From assembly GCF_035594765.1 (NCBI RefSeq), contig NC_085842.1, positions 294,361,749 through 294,425,748 of the forward strand: a DNA stretch of 64,000 nucleotides, given 5' to 3'. The DNA comes from Anolis carolinensis. Lineage: Eukaryota. The translations under genes and the position numbers were made by a program. Below the pieces are notes generated by a model. The model worked only from the letters and a program-made list of their open reading frames with translations, was not told the origin of the DNA and searched no databases. This document shows, piece by piece, positions 1-11,033 of the stretch. Each line of letters begins with the position of its first letter. Positions within the stretch are counted from its first letter, which is position 1.

Positions 1-36
1 TTCCTGCACCGCTTGCTTCCTCGTTCCGGTTGGCGG
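1..36 (+). other. SMIM15: 3' part of probable non-coding exon 1 of SMIM15 (CpG-rich promoter edge)
   Basis: CpG-rich sequence with an ETS-like TTCCGG at 24-29, followed by a consensus donor GG|GTGAGT at 37-42. The exon start lies outside the window. Confidence 0.6.
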
Positions 37-364
37 GTGAGTGAGGCTGAGGGTGGGTGGGAGAGGGGCGTTGAGGCCGCTGCTCTGCTGAGACATTGAG
101 GACGAGTGGAGACTTCCTCGCACGATTGCCTTTCGTTTGCGGCTCCCTGCTTTCCCTTCCCTCCAGGCTCTCGCTTCTCCGTCCACGGTTCAGTTATTCG
201 ACAGGAAGTCTTTTGAAAACCATGCCCAGGGTGACCGCCATTCCTTTGTCTGGGAAACCCGGAAATGCTCCGGAATGGATGGCTCATAGTCCATGATCTT
301 ACAGTTCTGAAGCAGCCTTGTGTGATTTCTCATTAGATGGGACTGGCTGTCACAAGCAATAGGT

Positions 365-499
365 CAGTGGTTCTCACCTGTGGGTCCCCAGGTGTTTGGG
401 CCTACAACTCCCTGAAATCCCAGCCAGTTTAACAAACGGTTGGATTTCTGGGAGTGGAAGGCCAAAACATTCTGGGGACCCACAGGTTGAGAACCACTG
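365..499. mobile_element. Non-autonomous hAT-type MITE (palindromic)
   Basis: Termini CAGTGGTTCTCA...TGAGAACCACTG; 8-bp TSD caataggt/ctataggt (1 mismatch). Confidence 0.8.
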
Positions 500-588
500 C
501 TATAGGTAACTGATTATAGCAGGCCATTGGTAGGCACTTTCAGGCTAATAGTTCTCATTCCAAGCAAGGGATCATGGATAGCCTAATG

Positions 589-690
589 CAGGCATGGGCC
601 AACTTGGGCCCTCCAGGTGTTTTGGACTTCAACTCCCACCATTCCTAACAGCCGGTAGGCTGTTAGGAATGGTGGGTGTTGCGTACAAAA
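589..690. mobile_element. Partial hAT-type MITE (CAGGCATGGGC family), interrupted by an L2-type 3' tail
   Basis: Same terminus and core (GGCCCTCCAGGTGTTTTGGACTTCAACTCCC) as the complete copies at 30322 and 42059. Confidence 0.65.
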
Positions 691-1378
691 TAATAATAAT
701 AATAATAATAAAACTATCTCCCCAGAGGGACCCCAGGCGGATTCCAAAGATAAAAGGGAAACCTTCAATGCCAAACAACAACAATGCACCCGTAATAACA
801 AAAAATTGATAGACCAAGGAAGGAGTGTCCACCGCACTCTGAGGCAGTGAGTTCCACTGCTGAATAATAATAATAAGCTTTATTTATATCCTTCCCCCTC
901 TCCCCGAAGAGACTCGGAGCAGCTTACAACAAAACAAATGATCTCAATTGAACTAGGGACATGCTGTGAACTGGCCCTGTTGCTTTTCCCCTCTGTCACT
1001 GGACTTTAACAATAGCTTGGGAAGCACAAAGGGTCCAAAATAATAATAATAATAAAACTATCTCCCCAGAGGGACTCCAGGTAGATTCCAAAGATAAAAG
1101 GGAAACCTTCAGTGCCCAAACACAACAACAATGCACCCATAATAACAAAAAATTGATAGACCAACATATAAGAACAAATTAAGACTTAACAACTAAAATT
1201 AAATAAAAATGCAACCTGTTATATCAGACATAAAACAAAACAGCAAACAGAAGCGTCAATATCCCAGTTCCTTGGTGGCAAATAGATTGATCATTGTTCA
1301 AGATGTGTATTGAGCTGGTGGGGGCAAACAGGGCATGGATACGGATGGTAGCTATTAATCAGATGTATAATGGTAGTA

Positions 1379-1744
1379 CAGTAGAGTCTCATCCAACATG
1401 AGCACTCTGGTGGAGAGCAACTAATTAAGAAATAAAGTGAAGTGAAGATAAATAAGCCGGCAGAATGTTGGATAAGTGAAAATGTTGGATAATATGGAGG
1501 GATTAAGGAAAAGCCTATTAAACATCAAATTACGCTATGATTTTACAAATTAAGTACCAAAACATCATGTTTTACAACAAGTCTGCCACTTGTTTGGGAG
1601 TGTAGCTGCCCCTGTGTTGTTGTTGGGCATGTTGACCCGCTGGGCATTGCTGCCTAGAGAAACAGCTGTGGATCCGGGCGGGAGGCAGTGTTGGATAATA
1701 CAGGATGTTGGATAAGCGATGGTTGGATAAGGGACACTCTACTG
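1379..1744. mobile_element. Tc1/mariner (Tigger/pogo-like) non-autonomous DNA transposon
   Basis: TA|CAGTAGAGTCTC ... ACTCTACTG|TA termini; related copy at 27401-27734. Confidence 0.75.
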
Positions 1745-1756
1745 TATTACCATTTA

Positions 1757-2070
1757 CTCCTCCTCTTTGTAAGCCAGTGAGCAAAAGTGCGTCTTCAGCT
1801 GTTTCTTGAAGGCGGGGACAGAGGGTGCCATCTTTAACTCCTTGGGAAGGAATTTTAGAGGTGTTTGTGTGTGTGTGGGGGGGGGGGGGGTGGTGGTGGC
1901 CACAGAGAAGGCCCTTTCTCTTGTTTCCACCAGCCATGCTGGGGATGGAATTGGGACCCAGAGCAGGGCCTCCTCCGATGACCGAAGTGTCCAAGTTGGT
2001 CTGTAGTGGGACATCTGCTTTGCCAAATAGTCTGGACCCGAGCCGTTTAGGGCTTTTAAGGCAATAACTC
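1757..2070 (-). mobile_element. L2-clade LINE, degraded ORF2 C-terminal fragment
   Basis: Translation LRSSEEALL...RERAFSVA matches the better-preserved L2 at 25452-26407. Confidence 0.7.
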
Positions 2071-2192
2071 ACTGAAAAAATGGTAGCTGTATGAGAACCT
2101 GCAGTGATGTGGAGAATATTAGCAGCAACATGCAAAGGCATTTCTTCCACACTCAGAGGAAATAATGTCACCCATACTGTCACAGCGCTACT

Positions 2193-2815
2193 TCATAGAA
2201 TCATAGAGTTGGAAGAGACCATCTAGTCCAACCTCCTGCTATGCAGGAAAAGCACAAAGTATCCCTGACAGATACTGACCCTGTTTAAAGGAAGGAAGTG
2301 TCCACCGCACTCCGAGACAGCGAGTTCCACTGCTGAATAATAATAATAATAATCTTTTTTTAAATCCATCCCCCTCTCCCCAAAGAGACTCGGAGCAGCT
2401 TACAACAAAACAATTGTTCTCAATTGAACTAGGGACATGCTGTGAACTGGCCCTGTTGCTTTTCCCCTCTTGTCACTGGACCTTAACAATAGCTTGGGAA
2501 GCACAAAGGGAAATGGAAAAGGGAGAGGAACAGCTCATAATCAGGAAGTTCTTCTAAATGTTCAGGTGGAATCTCCTGTAATTTGAACCCATTGCTCTGA
2601 GTCCTAGTTTCAAGGGCAGCAGAAACTCCCTCTTCCTGCTCCCTGCTCCCTCTTCCTTATAACACCCTTTCACATATTTATACATGGCTATTGTGCCTCC
2701 TCTCAACCATCTCTTTTGCAGGCTAAACACAGCCAGTACTTTAAGATGCTCCTCACAGGGCATGGTCTCCAAACCTTTGATCATTTTAGTCACTCCCCCT
2801 CTGTATACCTTCCAG
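2193..2815 (-). mobile_element. CR1 LINE 3' fragment, split by an L2-type 3'-tail insertion (~2337-2527)
   Basis: TKMIKGLE...YKYVKG is CR1 ORF2 C-terminal sequence; (ATTCTATG)-type CR1 terminal repeat at ~2193-2207. Confidence 0.8.
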
Positions 2816-3267
2816 AACATCAGTGTATTCCTTAGAAGTTTCCTGCTTAAAGGCTTACCCTGACCAGGCCTGACCTTATTCAGCGTGAGGTATAACAAGT
2901 TCAATGTCTGAGGTGAGCAATGACACAGGAATGGAGGTCATAAACTCAAAGCAAATCCCTTCATCGTCTTCATGCAACATAATACTTCCCTTTCTTTGGC
3001 TTTTCCAAGCCCCATGGATGGCTGAGGGAGGGACACCTTTGCTTCCTGGTGGTTCAATATCAACAAACTTTGTTTCATACACAAAACTGTTAAAACAGGC
3101 ATAGGCACACTTGGACCCACCAGGTGTTTTGAACTTCAACTTCCATGTCTTAATTTAAATGTTGGTTAGCATTATTTTAGTGATTTACTATAGCATAACA
3201 TGGATTTACACCATAACAACACACTTTTATGGTTATTGCTTATATCAGAATTCTGTCCAATGTCCCA

Positions 3268-3417
3268 GGGCCCTTCCACACAGCCATATAACCCAGAATA
3301 TCAAGGCAGAAAATCCCACTTTCTGCATTCAACTGGGTTATCAGTGTACACATTGCCATATATTCCAGTTCAAAGTATAGAATGTGGGATTTTATTTAGC
3401 TGTGTAGAAGGAGCCCC
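3268..3417. mobile_element. Non-autonomous DNA transposon with GGCCCYTTCCACACAGC termini (Harbinger-like MITE)
   Basis: Inverted termini; related copies at 8236-8386 and 59481-59687. Superfamily assignment is tentative. Confidence 0.65.
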
Positions 3418-4231
3418 AATGACAAAAATCCTCTCCTACTTCACTTTCTAAGCAGCACAGCCTATGGCCATTTCTGTGTTATGGGGTCAGCAGTGACATC
3501 CAAATACATAACTCGCTACTGCTCTGTCTACTCTCTGACAACATGGAAATGGCAGTATTGTGGATAGGACTGTCATGCTTATAATGTGAGTTTTCAGGGA
3601 TAGTATTAGTTACAGTTACATAATACAATTGTCTCAGAATTCGGAATCTTTGCTGTTTCTTGCATCAGCCTCAGTGCATGTGGTTCTCAATGTATGCTTT
3701 GCTTTCAAGGTATTCTTTTTTGCAACTTGTAATATGAAACTTTTATATAACTCTTTATCATAGCAGTTTATGGAAATGTGTTGATACTTCTGTTGCGTAA
3801 AGACTCTCCACATTCACTTCCAATAACATTTGCAAGTAAAATGAGAGAGAAATCCCAATGTCACTTCCACATTTTTCATATTTTGACTCGTGCTGAGGTC
3901 CTATTGGTTCTTTATGTCGCTGCAACAGTAAATTAGATTGTGTGTATTTTGACAAAGGTATGGATATGATGGCAGGGAAAAACAAAGGCATCACTTTGAG
4001 GTGAGGAAGGTGCCCTGCTGCTGTGCCTCTAGTCAATTTACTCTTCCTGCCAGTATCTCCCAGACCACCATAGATATGGATCAGCAACCGATGAGATCTT
4101 AGGTTGACATTTCAAGTAGACTAACGTAGCTGCACCTTAAACACAAGAGCATGTTGCTTGATACCTTATCTGAACTGTTGTGCAGTGATTTACAATCTTA
4201 ATCCTCAATATTGTTGTTTTACATTTTCAAG

Positions 4232-4310
4232 GTTATCTCTTCTTCCTCTTTATGACAACGGTACCTAGTCCTGTTCTACATCATTAAACTGGAGCTTCTT
4301 AGCCCCTTGG
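4232..4310 (+). other. SMIM15: Candidate internal non-coding 5'UTR exon of SMIM15
   Basis: Pyrimidine-rich acceptor (ttgttttacattttcaAG at 4230-4231) and consensus donor GG|GTGAGT at 4311. No transcript evidence. Confidence 0.45.
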
Positions 4311-5740
4311 GTGAGTGTGGAATCATTTGTTATCTTTAATTGGATATTATCTAAATGTCCAGTGGAAGGACTTGAGATGATACTATGGGCCTGGTAGCAG
4401 AAGAGGAAGCTGAATTAAACATTGTGATTTTCTGCATGTGCCAAAGGAGGTGGTGGGGAAAAGAAAATTCAAGTAAAGGCAGTGAATTTCATTAAAGGGT
4501 ATTATTGCATCTTACAGATGAATGGTGATGGGGTGGGGGGAGTTTAAACTCAAAGATGATACAGTTCCAGACTGAAATTTCTCCCTCCTGTAGTTTAAAA
4601 TAGCAGTGGTATAACAGTGTTTTAATTTTACCCAAGCTAATATAACCAGCATTATGAAGAAGTGTGAAATTTCGTACTTAGCAGCTTTTGTGAAGAAAAA
4701 CTAAAACCTTTTCTGTGACCTCTGTGTATGAAGAATTTTAGGCACTCAGGTCCCATGACTGTCTTCATCTGCAGGGTGCATAGTAAAGCATTTCTGTGTG
4801 CAGTGGAAATGGATCCATTTGGCAAATTTTATACCTAGCAGGAGCAGACTCTTTCTTGAACTTCTTTTTTGTTACTAAAAATGATCACAGGGCTGAGGCA
4901 ATTCTTTTGTGTCTCAAAAGAACATTGTCTGTTTAGGATGGTGTGGTGAAGGGCCATCATCCATCCATTGCCTCACAACATGCTATAGTGTCAGTCACTA
5001 TACCTAGAATTAGACTGCCTTGGAAAACTTAGAAACCCCACAAGTCACTAAAAATATTTCCCTCTAGAATCTGTGATGTGAATTTATTAGAGCTGTCACC
5101 AGACTTAAATGACTTAGTTGAATAGGTAAATGATTAAACTTGCAAATGATGGTGTGGGGGAGAGGGGATTCAGTTGGAACTAGCCTTTTTGTTCCACCAC
5201 TGGGAACAGTGCTGGAGCAGTTTCTCTTAATATGCTTACACTGGAGATATGAGAGAGAGAGTAATCTTTTCTGACTACAATCCCAGCCACCTCTTGGGGA
5301 GGCAAGGGCATATTACGCTTATGCTGGAGCCAGTCTTATGGCAAAGAAAAATGTCTGCTTTGCTTTTAGATGTTGTATCCATAACAGCAGGTGTCATCCT
5401 ACAAGAAATGTTTCCTGTTCCTCTTAGACAGGAGCCCTCCCATTTAAAGGGACTTCTGTCGCCTGCATTTCTTCTAAACATTTATTGTTCTCTGGTGGGC
5501 AGTAAATTCAGAATATTTAATTGTTTATACCAGAAGTGGGTGCTTAATCAACTAAATGTTCTGGTTCTGGTAACGAGATGCAAAGTTAACTGTCCTATAT
5601 ACCCAAGTTCACAAGTCCAAGCAGTTTTACTTCCCGACCGTCATTCCTCAATAGGTAATTGTTTGAGTAGTTTCTTATTAAACATCTCATAGTTATCCTT
5701 CTTTCTTATGGAGGATTTCCCTCCTTAGGTAACAGAAAAG

Positions 5741-5968
5741 ATGCTTGACAATATCAAAGGCTGGGCTGAATATATTGTGGAATGGGCTGCAAAGGATCCA
5801 TATGGATTTCTGACAACGGTGATCCTGGCTCTTACGCCCCTCTTCTTAGCAAGTGCAGTACTGTCATGGAAACTGGCAAAAATGATAGAAGCCAGGGAGA
5901 AAGAACAAAAGAAGAAGCAGAAACGCCAGGAAAATATTGCGAAAGCTAAACGAACGAAGAAGGACTAA
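5741..5968 (+). CDS. SMIM15: Small integral membrane protein 15 (UPF0542 family), 75 aa
   Basis: [64 protein letters not shown] is the highly conserved SMIM15 sequence: one TM helix plus a basic tail. Acceptor ttccctccttAG at 5727-5728. Tail-to-tail with NDUFAF2 as in mammals. Confidence 0.97.
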   Translation: MLDNIKGWAEYIVEWAAKDPYGFLTTVILALTPLFLASAVLSWKLAKMIEAREKEQKKKQKRQENIAKAKRTKKD

Positions 5969-7752
5969 AATGGCAACCCAACTGGACAGAACTTTTCTTA
6001 ACCAAGAATTTTTATGTTTGTATATTTTTGTGTTGTAATCTTTCTAGGACATGGGTATGAGCAAATCAGATAACTCCTGAGATAATTTGTTCTTTTTAAT
6101 TTGTGTTATTCAAGTCTTGTTAATTTTAATAGCTTTTGAGAAGCATTGTCCTGAGATTTAATTTCTAATTTGGAATGTATTTGTAAACAAGATGTCAGTA
6201 ACAATACATGTATGTAGTGTGTTATAAAGTATGAACTATAATTTTGTTGACTGATTAAATATCTAGCTCCTTATAATTTTATAGACTGAAGAAGAAATAT
6301 TTTATTTTTTCTGTTTTTAAAAAATCCTATAGATTTATGAGATAATTGCAGCCTATTTCAAATTATTTCTATATTGCAGAAAATCCTGATTTCATCCTAA
6401 TGGTCAACATTTTTAGATATATTAGGAAATAACATGAAATATGACAATTTATGCAATCTGCATGAGACCAATAATAGGGAGCAATAGCTTTGATACTAGA
6501 AGTGCTGCTTATCATGTGAACAAATAAGAGTAGGTGTTCCTTCATGAACTATTATTTCTATGAACAGATTTATAATGTACTAGATAATTATAACAGCAGT
6601 GCTGCGAAAACGTATCTAAAGTGTCTTTCTTAAAGTAAGGATAATTTCCAAAATGAATGGCTCTTATGAATGAAGAACTACTCCAGATGTGAAAATTTAT
6701 TGTGCTGTGCATTCCGTGATAAACATGCAAAGAGCACCTTTTAACATTGGAAGTATTGTATCTGATCAGCTTCATCCTAGTAACTCTTTATCCATATTAT
6801 TTTTTAGAAAATTTATTTAATGCTCAAATTTAAAATATACACGATAGCCACTCTGGGGAATAACTGGTCTATAAGATATTTCAAACCACAATTCTAGATG
6901 CATTATATAGTAGAGTAATTAACATGTCATATAATTATGAAAGTCCTGCAGTGGTTTGTTTCTGGGCAGAGATGCAAAGTAGTGGCTAGTCTTTAGACTG
7001 AATCACCATACAATACTGCTCCCAAATACTTCCATTTCCTTCTGCAGTATGTTGTCATTTAGAGAGGCAATGCTGACAAATAAAAAGTGGGGAGGAGGGA
7101 GTGGTCTGTAGCTCACTGGGGAGGAATTGACACAGTGGTCTACAACTGAACCAGATTCTCTAGTAAGGTGATTTCACAGTGTACGATGGCAACAGTAAGA
7201 ACAGGATTTTATAGTATTTTGAAACCACAAGAGGACAAAGGTGTGTTCTTCCAGGTGACATTGAACTACAAATTCCAGCATTCTTCATCCTTGGGTATTA
7301 TGGCTACAAATTAGGGCAGTTCATGCCAACTGTGGTTGGTAGGCAGGTGGTTAATTAGCCTATGGTGAGTGAATCCATGAATGACAGGCAAAGCAAGTTG
7401 GAGGGAGAGTATTCATATGGGTTTGGCATGTTTGTTGTGTTCATCAAGAAGTTTCTGGTCTATGGCAGCCCTAAGGTGCTGGGGGGGTGGGGTGGGGGGA
7501 TCTCAGGTTTTTCTTGGCAAAATTTATCCAGAGAAAGTTGCATTTGCTGTAACAGTATGACTTGCCCAATGGGTTTCCACTGCTGTAAAACCCCTGGTCT
7601 TGAGAATTGTATTCCGTGGTTCAAACCATTACACCATACTGGCTTTCCTTGTGTTTTAACACAGATTGCCTCAATACTAATTAATGATAAAGTTAATACT
7701 CAATGAGTACCTTTAGACCATGCAAGTTTTTTTTATTAACTTTCAAAGCATT

Positions 7753-7857
7753 ACTAGCCTCACAACCTCTGAGGATGCCTGCCATAGATGTGGGCGAAAC
7801 GTCAGGAAAGAATGCTTCTGGAACATGGCCATACAGCCTGGAAAACACACAACAACA
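7753..7857 (+). mobile_element. Penelope-like element terminal (pLTR) fragment
   Basis: CACAACCTCTGAGGATGCCTGCCATAGATGTGGGCGAAACGTCAGG...GAACATGGCCATACAGCC...CAACAAC resembles squamate Penelope ends and contains a hammerhead core. Confidence 0.7.
7766..7806 (+). ncRNA. Minimal type I hammerhead ribozyme motif (Penelope-type)
   Basis: Helix I CCU/AGG, core CUGAGGA (7769-7775), helix II GCCUGC/GUGGGC with a 7-nt loop, GAAAC, cleavage triplet GUC (7801-7803). Confidence 0.65.
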
Positions 7858-7879
7858 AAAGAGTATTTAGCCTTTTGAC

Positions 7880-8110
7880 CTAAATATCCTAAAGAAATCA
7901 GATCCCATTTGATCTTGAAAGCTAAGCAGGATCAGCCCTGGTGAGTACATGGATGAGAGACCACCAATCACTACCAGATGAGACAGGCTAAATTTCAGAG
8001 GAAGTAACTGGCAAAACCACCCCTGAGTATTCCTTGCCTAAGAAAACACTATGAAATTTGTGAGGTTGACATAAGTCAACAGGGAACTTGAAGGCACATT
8101 CATACACACA
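7880..8110 (+). mobile_element. 5S rRNA-derived SINE
   Basis: GATCTTGAAAGCTAAGCAGGATCAGCCCTGGTGAGTACATGGATGAGAGACC aligns by eye to the 5S internal control region, followed by a non-5S tail shared with the copies at 49150 and 52790. Confidence 0.75.
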
Positions 8111-8235
8111 TAATAAAGATGCTTGCTTCATGTGGGACAAAGTAAAGCCTCCCAAATAGCATTAAGTACAATAGCATCAGATACAGCAGCCTGATTGATA
8201 CTTTTAGAGACCACATCACTCTCCCCTCTGGACTT

Positions 8236-8386
8236 GGGCCCCTTCCACACAGCTAAAAAAAATCTCACATCTGCTTTGAACTAAAATATATATAACAGTG
8301 TGGACTCAGATAACCCAGTACAAAGCAGATATTGTGAGATTTTCTGCCTTGATATTTTGGGTTATATGGCTGTGTGGAAGGGCCCT
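8236..8386. mobile_element. Harbinger-like MITE (GGCCCYTTCCACACAGC termini)
   Basis: Inverted termini with TTG flanks; inverted relative to the copy at 3268. Confidence 0.65.
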
Positions 8387-9392
8387 TGGAAAGGCATGGG
8401 ATAATTCACTTGCTGGTGAGAATGAACTTTCAATGATAAATTTGCAGTCTATCTTGAGGTCCCTTGAAAGCACCACACAGTATCAGCTCCTTGTAAAGTG
8501 CAATGAGAGGAACCTAAATAGAACTTTGCCCTTTTATTTTATTGCCTTTCTATGACTTGGTTGAGACACAATGGGAATCTAGCTTTCCTGCTAGTAGAGA
8601 CTCTTTTCCTCTTGACCTCTCAAGGGTGAGAACTAACCAGAGTATCTCAGGAAAACAGGAAATTGCGTAAACAATGGTTTGAGAACAAATGTACTTGAAA
8701 AACTACTTTTGCATGTTAAATTTGAAGGATGTCATTGCCTTCAAAGACAATACATTTTACGCACACAGTGATACTTCTAATAAAACTGATTGTTTAATGA
8801 AAGGCAGGGATTCTTAGTCAGCCTTTTAACTAACAAGCTATAAGTACGCACAGATGTGATGGTGCTATACTTACCATAGCATTATTTATAAATCAAGTAC
8901 TACAGATTCTATTCCCTGTGAATTACAAGCCAGTTGTAAATTCATTTAGTACAGTCATTTTATGTATGAAAGAACTAATTTACTCATGGCCGAACAATTA
9001 TAATTATATTCAGGGCTTCTTTTTATATTCACTGTTGTACTGTATAATATATAATTACATCACCTGGAGTCCTTTTGGGCATTAGATGTTTGGGGCTGCA
9101 TCTTTCATCATCTGCAGATAATATGGCCAATGGTATAGTATTATGGCAGCTGTAGTTCAAAACATGTAGAAGCCAGACAGATTCTACAGCCCTGATCACC
9201 ATTTCATACCAAAACTAAGTTGAACGTACATAAATTATGAATTATACAACATGAGCAGTTATTCAATCTTTACATCTTAATTATAAGAGTTTTTCCTCCA
9301 TTTACTTAAACAATTCTTCAAGTAATGCAAAAGGATAAGCATGTATTAGACAGTTATTTCTTATTATTTCCCTATCTCCAGATATTTCTAAC

Positions 9393-9647
9393 TTATTTCT
9401 TACGGCCACTGTCCTTGGGAGGCATCCAAGATCCAGGCTGAAATATATTTGCTGTACTGACTGGCTCTTCAGAAGGTTCATTCTTTCCAAAGTGAGGGGA
9501 GGATGCATGGCCTTTAATCTGAGTTTGAAGTGGTTCTGCTACAAGTCCCTCTTTGTATTCTTTGGCCTGCAGAAGCCTCTCCTTTTCATAAACATCTTCA
9601 ATCCTCCTTTTCATCTCTTCTTGATACTTCTGTGCCTTAAGAATTTC
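9393..9647 (-). CDS. NDUFAF2: NDUFAF2 (mimitin, complex I assembly factor) exon 4, last coding exon
   Basis: Acceptor tttttccacAG at 9648-9649; EILKAQKYQEEMKRRIEDVYEKE...QTQIKGHASSPHFGKNEPS...FQPGSWMP...stop matches the NDUFAF2 C-terminus; 255 nt. Confidence 0.95.
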   Translation of the reverse strand, partial: EILKAQKYQEEMKRRIEDVYEKERLLQAKEYKEGLVAEPLQTQIKGHASSPHFGKNEPSEEPVSTANIFQPGSWMPPKDSGRKK

Positions 9648-9841
9648 CTGTGGAAAAAGGGAGAAGAACAGGTGAACACTATTGAAAATAAAGCACCATT
9701 AAATCAAAACAAAAGTCAGTTTTTCGGCAAGGGTGAGAATCCATTTGCTCAGTTACTGCTTTGCATTGGATGTAGAGTTTGGTAAATGCAAATGGACTGG
9801 TAGAAAGAGCATTGCCTGAGCCTCATTTCCCAAAGTAGACC

Positions 9842-11033
9842 TGTCATAGACAGAACGCCAGCAAGTAAAACAAAACTCAGTTTATTGAGGTTACAGAACT
9901 AAAAACGCCCGTAAGGAACAAAGAACAGGGCAAACACTTGACTTCAGTGTGCTAAATAACCAAAAAGCAGCTCAGTTTGAGCTTAAACAGTTCAAAGGGA
10001 AAAACCGGGTTAAACAGGAGTATAATCCGGATTAAATCAAAGAGCTTACTTCAGCTTGGCAAACAATGCAAACAAAAGAGAATCAACAGGAGTTGGAATG
10101 TAAACAAAAGACTGGCGGCAGATTCCTCTCTGCTACTCAGGAACAGCAGGGGAGTAAACCAGGCTTGTTTACTCCTTCCTGCAGCGAACGAGAGCGTGGT
10201 TGTAGTCAAGATTCAGGTTTAGGGTAACGGCAGTCAGCAGGGTCCCAATCCGGTCCAGAAGATCAAAAGCCAAGCGTAGTCGTCAAGGAATCCAAAGGTC
10301 ACACCGATAGCCAGCAGAAGGGTTAATCCGGAATCGTAGTCAGTCAGTCCAGCGTCAATCCAGTGAAAGTAGATATTGCCCGTCAAAAAGACGACGGAGG
10401 TCCAAGCTATCAAGATTAAACACAAGTTGCACAGAGAAAAACCCCACACAGTTCCTCCCGCCGTCAATGCCCCGTCCTTGGTAAACTTACGTATCCAGTA
10501 ATGAAACACACCCGTCTTCAGGAAATTCCCCAGCAAGAGCCCAAGCGTCCGTCCAGATTACCTTGCCCAACGCAATTAGACATTGGTCCCAAACCCCATT
10601 TTATCACAGTTCAAGCTCATCATCGCTGTCAGCTGCCATCCCAATTCCAGACGCCCCAACATCATCATCCTCATCAGAGCTTAAGCACCTTCGACTACGC
10701 CCCACAGCATCCCCAGCTGTGGATCCCGCTCCATCCCTCCAACCAGTCCATGGGTCTGATCCTGCAACCCGCCAATCACCTCCCATGCTTTCATTGCCTG
10801 TTTCCCCAACACCCAAATCCTCCCTCACACGAGTCCATTCCATATCATCCTCCTCCGAGCTGGCCATCTCTTCCTCCAAACCCTGAGAAAAACCCTCAAA
10901 TGAGTCCTCATCTGTCGGCTCTGCAAACAAATCCTGGAGCTGTTTCCTTTCACGCTCCTCGAGAGTGTCTGACTCTCGAGGAGTCTTACGACCCCTTCTT
11001 TCATTACCGGAGCCCGAAGGCTCAACCATAACA
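9842..11033 (-). repeat. 3' LTR, 1192 bp
   Basis: TGTTAT...ATGACA on the minus strand; AATAAA at 9881-9886; TATA-like GATAAAA at 10599-10605; preceded by the PPT. Confidence 0.95.

Noticed and set aside
1572-2183. 203-aa minus-strand ORF
   Set aside because: Chance read-through across L2, microsatellite and MITE fragments.
5249-5692. 147-aa ORF upstream of the SMIM15 CDS
   Set aside because: Intronic, overlaps repeat-like sequence, no recognisable protein features.
7890-7990. 5S rRNA gene (also 19210-19270, 49250-49328, 50870-50930, 57505-57600)
   Set aside because: Many substitutions, dispersed copies and, in most, a shared non-5S tail indicate SINEs or their fragments, not rRNA genes.
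9393-9614. Stand-alone 73-aa gene
   Set aside because: It is the 3' part of NDUFAF2 exon 4, in frame with the acceptor at 9648.
10234-10536. 100-aa hydrophobic ORF in the LTR R region (also 15471-15773), a possible env-like or membrane micropeptide
   Set aside because: It starts at TTG, not ATG; hydrophobicity follows from the T-rich strand; presence in both LTRs is not independent evidence.
10501-11031. 176-aa Pro/His/Gln-rich antisense ORF (and 15738-16289, 10563-10886)
   Set aside because: Shadow frames of the acidic Pol tail; no recognisable domain.
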